Below, one piece after another: positions 1 through 7,336 of a stretch of DNA of 64,000 nucleotides. The notes under the pieces are model-generated. The model was not told the DNA's origin, did not search any database, and saw nothing but the letters and a program-made list of their open reading frames with translations. Source of the DNA: an uncultured Ignavibacteria bacterium. Lineage in GTDB: Bacteria; Bacteroidota; Ignavibacteria; UBA10030; UBA6906. Positions within the stretch are counted from its first letter, which is position 1, and every line of letters begins with the position of its first letter. The stretch covers positions 6,451 through 70,450 of the forward strand of contig CAWABB010000008.1 in assembly GCA_963780165.1 (NCBI GenBank), read 5' to 3'. The translations under genes were made by a program, and so were the position numbers.

Positions 1-114
1 CCCCGCAATACTCCGCTGGACGTGTTCCTGGAAATCGCCCCTGTCCTTGACCTTGCGCCAGAGACCGACTTTGACATGACCGGCGCCCTCGGCGCGCGGT
101 TCTTCTTCGATTAA
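1..114 (+). CDS. 3-prime end of an unidentified CDS (partial, enters from upstream of the window)
   Basis: Frame 1 is open from base 1 to a TAA at 112-114 (...LDVFLEIAPVLDLAPETDFDMTGALGARFFFD*). Third codon positions are G/C-rich like neighbouring genes. Too short for a family call. Confidence 0.3.
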   Translation, partial: PRNTPLDVFLEIAPVLDLAPETDFDMTGALGARFFFD

Positions 115-128
115 CAGCAGAGATCCCA

Positions 129-1550
129 ATGCATAGAGTCTTTGCAGTCGTGCTGCTGGCGGCCATCGGAACAAGCGCGTCCGCTCAGGTTTCCTTCTCT
201 TCCTATTTCACCGACCGAACCCTCCGTGTGGACTACTACCACACGGGGACCAAGGGCTCGGAGAGCTTCAGCGTCGACCAGGCTGTGGACGATGGCCCCT
301 GGGCCGGAAGCACGGTCAATCTCGTGGACACGCTGAATCTCGGAGAATTCATCGTCCGGGTCTATGACCTGGCGACCGGACAGTTGATCTTTTCGCGCGG
401 ATTCTCATCGATGTTCAACGAGTGGCAGACCACTGATGAGGCGGCCCGGGGGGTCTACAGGACCTTCAGCGAATCGGCGCGTATGCCCTTCCCGAGGCGA
501 CCGATTCAACTCACGGTCGCACGTCGCGACAAGCGGATGATCTTCCATGAGCTCTTTTCCATGACGATCGATCCGGCTGATCCGACACAGGTCCGGAAGG
601 AAAGGAGAACCTCGCCGTTCAAAGTCGGGAAGCTTATCGAGAACGGTCCGCCGGCGAAGAAGGTGGATGTCGTCATCCTGGGCGACGGATACGCAAAGGC
701 GGACATGGAGAAGTTCCGCGCCGACGCAAAGAAGTACAACGAGGCGATGTTCTCCACCCCGCCGTTCAAGGGGAGAAAGGACGACTTCAACGTTTGGACT
801 GTAGAGGTGGAGTCGGGCGAGAGCGGGATCGACATTCCCGACAAGAACGTCTGGAAGAACAACGCTCTCGGGACGATGTACAATACGTTCGGATCCGCCC
901 GGTACGTCCTGACGACGGACAATAAGACGCTTCGTGATGCGGCGGCTGCGGCGCCGTACGACTTCATCTGCATCCTCATCAATGATTCGCGATACGGTGG
1001 CGGCGGGATTTATAACCTGTACGCTACCACGTACACGGGCGAGACCACAAAGGGGCAGGAGTGGCAGATGGAGTACGTGTACGTCCACGAGTTCGGACAT
1101 TCGTTCGGGGGGCTGGGCGACGAGTACTACGCGTCGTCCGTTGCCTATGACGAGTTTTATCCTCAGGGCGTGGAGCCATGGGAGCCGAACCTGACCGTGC
1201 TGCTGGACAAGAAGAACGTGAAATGGAAGAGCTTCCTCGCGGAGGGGATCGAAGTGCCGACGCCGTGGGAAAAGGCGGCATTTGACAGCGTGGAATCGGA
1301 GCGCGCAAAACTTGACAGGCTGGCTCCGGATTATTACGCGAAGCGCGAGCCGCTGTACAAGCGGTCGAAGGAGATCCTCATGACGTCAGCATTTGCGGGG
1401 AAGGTTGGGGTCTTCGAAGGTGCGGGGTACGCGTCGAAAGGGATCTACCGTCCGGCGGTCGACTGCCGGATGTTCACGCTCAGCCTGATCGCGTTCGACC
1501 CGGTGTGCAGCGCGGCGATTGAGCGTGTTGTAGACTTCTACAGCAGGTAG
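129..1550 (+). CDS. Secreted zinc metallopeptidase, peptidase M64 (IgA-peptidase-like) family
   Basis: 473-aa ORF with ATG at 129. Has a signal peptide (MHRVFAVVLLAAIGTSASAQ) and an HEFGHSFGGLGDEY zinc-binding block typical of M64. Confidence 0.8.
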   Translation: MHRVFAVVLLAAIGTSASAQVSFSSYFTDRTLRVDYYHTGTKGSESFSVDQAVDDGPWAGSTVNLVDTLNLGEFIVRVYDLATGQLIFSRGFSSMFNEWQTTDEAARGVYRTFSESARMPFPRRPIQLTVARRDKRMIFHELFSMTIDPADPTQVRKERRTSPFKVGKLIENGPPAKKVDVVILGDGYAKADMEKFRADAKKYNEAMFSTPPFKGRKDDFNVWTVEVESGESGIDIPDKNVWKNNALGTMYNTFGSARYVLTTDNKTLRDAAAAAPYDFICILINDSRYGGGGIYNLYATTYTGETTKGQEWQMEYVYVHEFGHSFGGLGDEYYASSVAYDEFYPQGVEPWEPNLTVLLDKKNVKWKSFLAEGIEVPTPWEKAAFDSVESERAKLDRLAPDYYAKREPLYKRSKEILMTSAFAGKVGVFEGAGYASKGIYRPAVDCRMFTLSLIAFDPVCSAAIERVVDFYSR

Positions 1551-1644
1551 GGAAGCCGGGCCGGCAGCCGCGCCGGGATGAGAAGCGAGATCTTGTGGAT
1601 GCGGGTGGCGACGGTGGGGAGACCCATGACCCGTTGAAGAACGA

Positions 1645-1674
1645 ACGAGGGGCGGCATGCATGCCGCCCCTCGT
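1645..1674. terminator. Perfect 30-nt palindrome between convergent genes (probable bidirectional terminator hairpin)
   Basis: ACGAGGGGCGGCATG/CATGCCGCCCCTCGT is fully self-complementary. It lies between the stop of the M64 gene (1550) and the stop of the minus-strand gene (1735). There is no clear U-tract on either side. Confidence 0.55.
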
Positions 1675-1734
1675 CGCGTCTTGCCGCTGGCCGTCCGGGC
1701 GCCGGTGCGCACCCCCGGGACGGGGGGGTGCAGG

Positions 1735-2991
1735 CTATTCTTGGTCGGCTTTCCTGGCCCTGGGCTTCCTGAAGAAGAACCACCAGATTGCCACGATCAG
1801 GGCGAGGATCAACACAACGTACAGGTAGAAGTGCCCCCCCACCTGCTCGGCGTGGAGCTCGCTGACGAGCTGATCGAGCGCTGCGTACTCAGCCTTTCCG
1901 AGCATCGACTCCTTCGAGAGCACCTCGCGCCACTCCTTGTCGATACGCTCTTTCCAGACTTTGTCCACGAACACGGTCGGATCCTGGCCGGACGTCTTCA
2001 GCGTTGCAATGTATGCGCGCACGCTCTGGGAGAACGTCTTCGCATCGTTGAACGGCTGCAGCGTAATCCCGTTCGCCGAGAACTCCTTCTCGATCGAAGA
2101 CATCAGGCTTTCCTGAAGCTTCAGGTTCCACGCGTTCACAACGGAATCGACCTGTGCGCCCGGCTGGGGCGTGGCAGTCGTGACGACCGGAACGCCTTTC
2201 TTGGTCTTCGCGCTCGGGGTGGGACGGGTGGAAGGTGGCAGGGCTACCGCGACCATCTTCTCCCGCAGACCGTTCCACTTTGTCGAGAACTGCTCCTGCT
2301 GATCGATCAGGTTCGCGTAGTCCTTCGGTTGCAGCTGGGTCGACTCGAGGAAGCGGATGTTATCCGTCGCAATCTCGTTCACGCGCGTCAGGACGTTGGC
2401 CTGCCCGAGCCTCTTCCCGACAGCTTCCTTCTGCATCTCCGATGCCTGATTCAGATCCTTCCCGTACGGGAGGAAGATTGAATCGGTCATGGCAAAAATG
2501 AGCTTGTCCTTCGCATCAAGGTTGGCGGTCAGGCGCCGAACGACCTCCCGCAGCTCGGTCTGGTTCTTCTTCGACTTCTGGAGCTCAGCGAAGAGGCTGT
2601 TCTTCTCGTTCGTGAGCGTGTCGATCTGCAGACTCATCGCCGTGATCTGAGCCTCTAAATCGCTGAGCCGGATGCCCTGGGTCTGGATCAGATAGACCCG
2701 GTCGTAGGTGATGAGGTGGAGGTCTTTGAGCTCGGCAAGCGTTTGGTCGTACGTATGCGGATAGAGGGCGCGATCCAGAAACTCGCGCTTGCCGTCAAAG
2801 TCACGCTCGAGCGCGGCGATATCGCTCTTGAGCGAGTCGAGCGTCGCGACACTTGCGGCGCCGTCGATCGCCTTCCTGATCTCGGTCACGCGGTCTTCGA
2901 ACGACTGCTTCACGGCAAAATCGGACTCCTGTGCAACGGCCGCAAGCGACAGCAGCAGGAGAGCCAGCACGGGTAAGGTTTTCGTACGCAT
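1735..2991 (-). CDS. Hypothetical coiled-coil envelope protein (signal peptide plus C-terminal TM anchor)
   Basis: 418-aa ORF with ATG at 2991 preceded by GGAGG. Has an N-terminal signal peptide (LLLLSLAAVAQ), long helical/heptad-like regions and a C-terminal hydrophobic helix (FYLYVVLILALIVAIWWFFF). No family recognised. Confidence 0.6.
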   Translation of the reverse strand: MRTKTLPVLALLLLSLAAVAQESDFAVKQSFEDRVTEIRKAIDGAASVATLDSLKSDIAALERDFDGKREFLDRALYPHTYDQTLAELKDLHLITYDRVYLIQTQGIRLSDLEAQITAMSLQIDTLTNEKNSLFAELQKSKKNQTELREVVRRLTANLDAKDKLIFAMTDSIFLPYGKDLNQASEMQKEAVGKRLGQANVLTRVNEIATDNIRFLESTQLQPKDYANLIDQQEQFSTKWNGLREKMVAVALPPSTRPTPSAKTKKGVPVVTTATPQPGAQVDSVVNAWNLKLQESLMSSIEKEFSANGITLQPFNDAKTFSQSVRAYIATLKTSGQDPTVFVDKVWKERIDKEWREVLSKESMLGKAEYAALDQLVSELHAEQVGGHFYLYVVLILALIVAIWWFFFRKPRARKADQE

Positions 2992-2992
2992 G

Positions 2993-3451
2993 TTATTTCC
3001 CCTCCAGGATGCCGCTCGGGGTGAGGACCTTTTTGAACGAGTCGCCGTCCACGATCTCGATATTGGGAGCGCGATTGTTGAGCGCGGGGTCCTTCAGGCC
3101 AGTTTCTGACACCAGGATCTTGCTCTCCTGGGAGAGCGTGCCTTCGCCGGGCTCAAAGACGTACACGTTCCGGAACTTCGGCCCGGTCACGAAATAGTAA
3201 CCCTGGGCATCTCTCAGCACGCGAAGCTTGACGCCCTTGAGGGCGTCCGGGTTCTGGAATTCCTCCATGGCCAGGGCCGTCGTGGGGAAATTGATGCTGT
3301 AGCGCTTGTCCTGGGCCACGTTGTCGTCACCGACCGAAATGACGCTCTCGACCGGCCACCCGAAGTCGACGTTCTCGATCTTGAGGGAGGCACAGGACAT
3401 AAGCGTCGCGGTCGCCGCCACGGACAGGAGTCCGACGATTGGGAAACGCAT
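2993..3451 (-). CDS. Hypothetical lipoprotein
   Basis: Lipobox in MRFPIVGLLSVAATATLMSCAS. The ORF-track start at 3457 is TTG, whereas the ATG at 3451 has a GGAGA Shine-Dalgarno. The stop lies 1 nt before the start of the next gene, suggesting co-transcription. Confidence 0.6.
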   Translation of the reverse strand: MRFPIVGLLSVAATATLMSCASLKIENVDFGWPVESVISVGDDNVAQDKRYSINFPTTALAMEEFQNPDALKGVKLRVLRDAQGYYFVTGPKFRNVYVFEPGEGTLSQESKILVSETGLKDPALNNRAPNIEIVDGDSFKKVLTPSGILEGK

Positions 3452-3641
3452 CCGCAACTCTCCAATTGTTGACTGATAGGATAGAAAAACCGCACAATTA
3501 TACCGATATCCCGGACGTCCTCCTAATTAATCTTTCTTTATGCAGCGGGGGGGACAGCAGATGTTGATTTCGTACGCTCATTCGCGTATCTTCGCCTATC
3601 CGCCGCTCTCCTTCTCCGTTCTCACAACGCCAATCGACGGC

Positions 3642-4049
3642 ATGCCACGACATCTCAAACCAGGCACACGTCCTCCGGTCCTCATCGTCGAGGACAGCGT
3701 GGACTTCTCGAATCTTCTCAAGTTCATCGTCGAAGACGAGGGCTATGAAGGGCTTCAGTTTCCTCTGGGCGACGCGGACATCGTGGCCTGGGTGGAAGAG
3801 CACAAGCCTGCCGTGATCCTCATGGACCTGGCCCTGCGAAGGAAGGGGGGGGTCGAGTACATTAACGACCTGCAGGCGAACGCGGAGACGAAGAAGATAC
3901 CCATCATCATCATCTCCGGCCGCGAGCTGCTGCAAAAAGAGGTCCTCGAGTTCCAGGCGCGTGGCATCCGTTATCTCAGGAAGGGACGCGTCGAGGTTCA
4001 GGAGATCAAGGACGAAATCCGGAAGGCGACCACGGCCGCCGGCCACTGA
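3642..4049 (+). CDS. Single-domain response regulator (CheY-like receiver)
   Basis: The receiver fold begins at PVLIVEDSVDFSNLL and includes ILMDLALRRKGG and IPIIIISG. The internal ATG at 3642 is preferred over the ORF start at 3540, which would add a non-receiver leader. Confidence 0.75.
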   Translation: MPRHLKPGTRPPVLIVEDSVDFSNLLKFIVEDEGYEGLQFPLGDADIVAWVEEHKPAVILMDLALRRKGGVEYINDLQANAETKKIPIIIISGRELLQKEVLEFQARGIRYLRKGRVEVQEIKDEIRKATTAAGH

Positions 4050-4076
4050 AATCGGATTCTGGAGGGCAGCCGGGAC

Positions 4077-4550
4077 ATGACTGTTCGCTGTCCGTCAATC
4101 GACGAGAAAGGCTTCTTCCCGGTGCGGTTCGTTCGAGCCGGCACACCGGGCTCCCGCAACACGTCCCCGGCCATCGAATGGTCGGACCCGCCTGAGGGAA
4201 CGGTCTCGTTCGCCCTGACAATCATCGATCGGCATCCGATTGCGCATGATTGGGTCCACTGGTGTGTCGTCGACATCCCCGCATCTGTCCGCGCCCTGGC
4301 TGAAGGGGCATCGGGAGGGTCGATGCCGGCTGGTTCTCGTGAGCTGGGGAATACGTTCGGCCACGCTGGATACGGCGGCCCGCAACCGCCGCGTGGGTCC
4401 GGGATCCACGAGTACTACGTCACGATCCACGCGCTCCGCGCATCAGGCGTACGTGCCGATGCACGAGTAGGGCCTGACAAGATTCAGGCGGCGATCGGCT
4501 CGGCCGAGATTACGTCGTCAACCATCGTAGGACGATATGAATCCCGCTGA
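4077..4550 (+). CDS. YbhB/YbcL-type phosphatidylethanolamine-binding protein (PEBP/RKIP family)
   Basis: GYGGPQPPRGSGIHEYYVTIHAL and SPAIEWSDPPEGTVSFALTIIDRHP match the bacterial PEBP signature. GGAGGG lies 10 nt upstream of the ATG. Confidence 0.8.
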   Translation: MTVRCPSIDEKGFFPVRFVRAGTPGSRNTSPAIEWSDPPEGTVSFALTIIDRHPIAHDWVHWCVVDIPASVRALAEGASGGSMPAGSRELGNTFGHAGYGGPQPPRGSGIHEYYVTIHALRASGVRADARVGPDKIQAAIGSAEITSSTIVGRYESR

Positions 4551-5235
4551 GCCGGGGATCCGATCTCGCGCCCAGGTCCATGATCTCTCCTCATACCTGC
4601 AGACCCTGCTCGAAGAGGAGCGGAAGAGGATCGCCCGGGATATTCACGACGATCTCGGCCAGGAGCTGGCGTCGATCAAGCTTGAGATCGCTCTTGTGCT
4701 CAGGGAGCTCCCGGAGAGCACGAGAGCTGCCCGCAGCCGCCTCGAAAGCGTCGAAGCGCTGGTGGACTCCTCCATTCGATCCGTCAAGCGCATAATCACC
4801 GAACTCCGACCATACGTTCTGGACGACCTCGGCCTGACTGCTGCCATCGAATGGCAAACGGCCGAATTCCAGAAACGAACAGGGCTTCCCGTCACGGTCT
4901 CCATCTATCCGGGAGAGATTATCCTCGATGCCGAGCGGTCTACAGCTCTCTTCAGAATCCTGCAGGAGGGGCTTGCGAATGTCGCGCGGCACGCTGGGGC
5001 GACGCGAGTGTCCGTGAGCCTGACGGAGATCGATGGGGTTATCGAGTTCGAGCTCCGTGACGACGGGTGCGGTATCACGCCGGAACAAATCAATGACCCG
5101 CGCTCATTCGGCCTCATCGGCATACGGGAGAGGGTCCGGACACTGGGGGGGGGCTCTGAAATCCTCGGGGGCTGTGGTGACGGGACCCGGCTTGCTGTGA
5201 AATTCGCCGCGACTGACGATACGCTCGCGCCATGA
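4537..5235 (+). CDS. Sensor-less cytoplasmic histidine kinase (HisKA_3 + HATPase, NarL-partner type)
   Basis: H-box RIARDIHDDLGQEL, N-box LQEGLANVARHA and G-box DDGCGI are present. At 232 aa it has no TM helix or input domain. It overlaps the PEBP gene by 14 nt. Confidence 0.8.
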   Translation: MNPAEPGIRSRAQVHDLSSYLQTLLEEERKRIARDIHDDLGQELASIKLEIALVLRELPESTRAARSRLESVEALVDSSIRSVKRIITELRPYVLDDLGLTAAIEWQTAEFQKRTGLPVTVSIYPGEIILDAERSTALFRILQEGLANVARHAGATRVSVSLTEIDGVIEFELRDDGCGITPEQINDPRSFGLIGIRERVRTLGGGSEILGGCGDGTRLAVKFAATDDTLAP

Positions 5236-5864
5236 TACGCATCTGCCTTGCAGACGATCACACGATGTTTCGCGAAGGGATCAAGCAGATCCTTGCGAGC
5301 CACTCGGACATGCACATAGTTGCCGAAGCAGGAGACGGGCGCGAAACCCTTGAACTTGTCAGGAGCATCCCGATGGACGTTGTGCTCCTCGACATCAGCA
5401 TGCCAGGCCTCAGCGGGCTGGACATTCTTCAGGACATCAAGGGGGAGTTTCCGCGGGTCAAGGTGCTCGTCCTCAGCATGCATCCGGAAGACCAGTATGC
5501 CATCCGGGTTCTGAAGTCCGGGGCGGCAGGCTATCTCACGAAGGAGAGCGCTGCCGCAGAGCTTGTCTCAGCGATCCGCACGGTTGCGGGAGGCGGATCG
5601 TATGTCAGCAGCCACCTCGCACAGACGCTGGCGGCCTCATTGCGTTCTGAATGGGATCTGCTCCCTCATCACCTGCTGTCTGACCGTGAATTCCAGGTTA
5701 TGCGAATGTTGGCGCTGGGGCGGAGGGTCCGGGAAATTGCCGACGAACTCTCCCTGAGCGAGAAGACTATCACGACCTATCGTGCGCGCGTCCTCGAAAA
5801 GATGAGACTCCGCACCAACGTGGACGTTACACGGTACGCGCTCCTTCACCGGCTTATCACCTGA
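5232..5864 (+). CDS. NarL/LuxR-family response regulator (REC + HTH_LuxR)
   Basis: MIRICLADDHTMFREG..VVLLDISMPGLSG receiver followed by a C-terminal LSDREFQVMRMLALGRRVREIADELSLSEKTITTYR helix-turn-helix. ATGA overlap with the kinase gene. Confidence 0.9.
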   Translation: MIRICLADDHTMFREGIKQILASHSDMHIVAEAGDGRETLELVRSIPMDVVLLDISMPGLSGLDILQDIKGEFPRVKVLVLSMHPEDQYAIRVLKSGAAGYLTKESAAAELVSAIRTVAGGGSYVSSHLAQTLAASLRSEWDLLPHHLLSDREFQVMRMLALGRRVREIADELSLSEKTITTYRARVLEKMRLRTNVDVTRYALLHRLIT

Positions 5865-5879
5865 TCCTCTCGCGCCTAC

Positions 5880-7127
5880 CTACACCCAGCCCCTGAGCTT
5901 GCACGCTTCCGCGACGCGAGCCACACCGACAACCATCGCTCCCAGCCGCGGGTGGACTTTTTTCTCACGGACCGCTTCCTGGACGGTCCTGTAGGCGTTC
6001 GTGAGCTTCTTGTCGAGGCGCTCGTGCACACGTTCTTCTTCCCAGAAGAACGAATACTTGTCCTGCACCATTTCGAAGTATGAGACGGTAACTCCGCCTG
6101 CGCTCGCAAGGATATCCGGGATCACATGGATCCCCTTCTGGGCGAGAACAGGGTCCGCCTCGGGCGTCGTCGGCCCGTTCGCAAGCTCGCAGACAACCTT
6201 CGCCCGGATGCGGTCCACGTTTCGCTCGTTAATGGCGTTTTCGAGTGCGGCGGGGTAGAGGATGTCAACGGGAAGCTCAAGGACCGAGTCGCGATCCATC
6301 GGTTGGCCCCCGGGGAAACCCACCACCGATCCGGTTTTGAGCTTATGGGTGACGAGGTCTTTCGGGTTGAGGCCGGCCGGATTCGTAATGCCTCCCCGTG
6401 AGTCGCATGCGGCCACAAGGGTTCCCCCGCCGAGCAGTTCCTGGTGCAGCAGCGCCGCCCGCTGCCCCGCGTTTCCGAAACCCTGAATCGCGTACGTCCC
6501 CCGGGGATCTATCCGGAGGAGCCTGCACGCCTCACGGACGGTGATGACCCCTCCACGTGCGGTGGCGTCACGCCTCCCCTCCGTGCCGCCGATCTGCTGC
6601 GGCTTGTCGGTGAGGACCCCAGGCTCGTGCCGCTGGATGAGGGTCTCATATTCGTCCATCATCCAAGCCATCGTCTGAGGATTCGTGTAGACGTCGGGGG
6701 CGGGGATGTCCTTGTCCGTCCCGATCAGCGGGGCCACCGCCCGGACATACGCCCGGGAAATGTTCTCCAATTCCCGCTCGGAAAGCCGCCGTGGGTCGCA
6801 CACCACGCCTCCCTTGCCGCCGCCGAGCGGGAGGTCCACCACGGCGGTCTTCCACGTCATCCAACCTGCCAGGGCCCGAATCGTGTCCACGGTCTCATCG
6901 GGGTGAAACCGGATTCCGCCTTTCGCGGGCCCGCGGGCGTAGTTGTGTTGTATCCGCCACCCCTGAAAGATGCGAACCGTTCCGTCATCCATGCGTACAG
7001 GCATGGTGAACGAGTGTTCCCGCTGCGGCCACAGAAGGAGTTCGATGGTCGCGTCGTCAAGTCTGAGGATGCGAGCTGCCTCGCGCACCTGCTGCTGCTC
7101 GACAGAGAAGCTGTTGTAGGAAGTCAT
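5880..7127 (-). CDS. Glutamate dehydrogenase, ~415-aa Glu/Leu/Phe/Val dehydrogenase type (paralogue 3)
   Basis: GPAKGGIRFHPDET, PLGGGKGGVVCDPRRLSERELE and a C-terminal Rossmann domain (IQGFGNAG). The ATG at 7127 forms an ATGA overlap with the upstream small ORF. The longer ORF-track start at 7223 would only add a non-homologous leader. Confidence 0.85.
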   Translation of the reverse strand: MTSYNSFSVEQQQVREAARILRLDDATIELLLWPQREHSFTMPVRMDDGTVRIFQGWRIQHNYARGPAKGGIRFHPDETVDTIRALAGWMTWKTAVVDLPLGGGKGGVVCDPRRLSERELENISRAYVRAVAPLIGTDKDIPAPDVYTNPQTMAWMMDEYETLIQRHEPGVLTDKPQQIGGTEGRRDATARGGVITVREACRLLRIDPRGTYAIQGFGNAGQRAALLHQELLGGGTLVAACDSRGGITNPAGLNPKDLVTHKLKTGSVVGFPGGQPMDRDSVLELPVDILYPAALENAINERNVDRIRAKVVCELANGPTTPEADPVLAQKGIHVIPDILASAGGVTVSYFEMVQDKYSFFWEEERVHERLDKKLTNAYRTVQEAVREKKVHPRLGAMVVGVARVAEACKLRGWV

Positions 7128-7336
7128 GGGCTCTGCTCTCTTCGGTGGTCCTTGCGCGGCGATTTCCCCCCGGCTCCGGGCGGGTGAACTTCCAGCATGA
7201 TTCTGTACCAGCAGTGCTTGCACATGAGTGCCCGGTCAACATTGAGCAGGACCTTTTCCCACGGGCTCAGGGGGTGGCCGCAGTGCGGACAGGCCTCGAA
7301 CACGGGGGGGGATGTGTCGTGAGTTTCATCGGGCAT
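7124..7336 (-). CDS. Small zinc-ribbon protein (70 aa), hypothetical
   Basis: CPHCG-x22-CKHC (two CxxC pairs). The start overlaps the stop of the upstream 1004-aa gene by 11 nt and the stop overlaps the GDH start (ATGA). Third-position G/C bias is gene-like. No family recognised. Confidence 0.45.
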   Translation of the reverse strand: MPDETHDTSPPVFEACPHCGHPLSPWEKVLLNVDRALMCKHCWYRIMLEVHPPGAGGKSPRKDHRREQSP

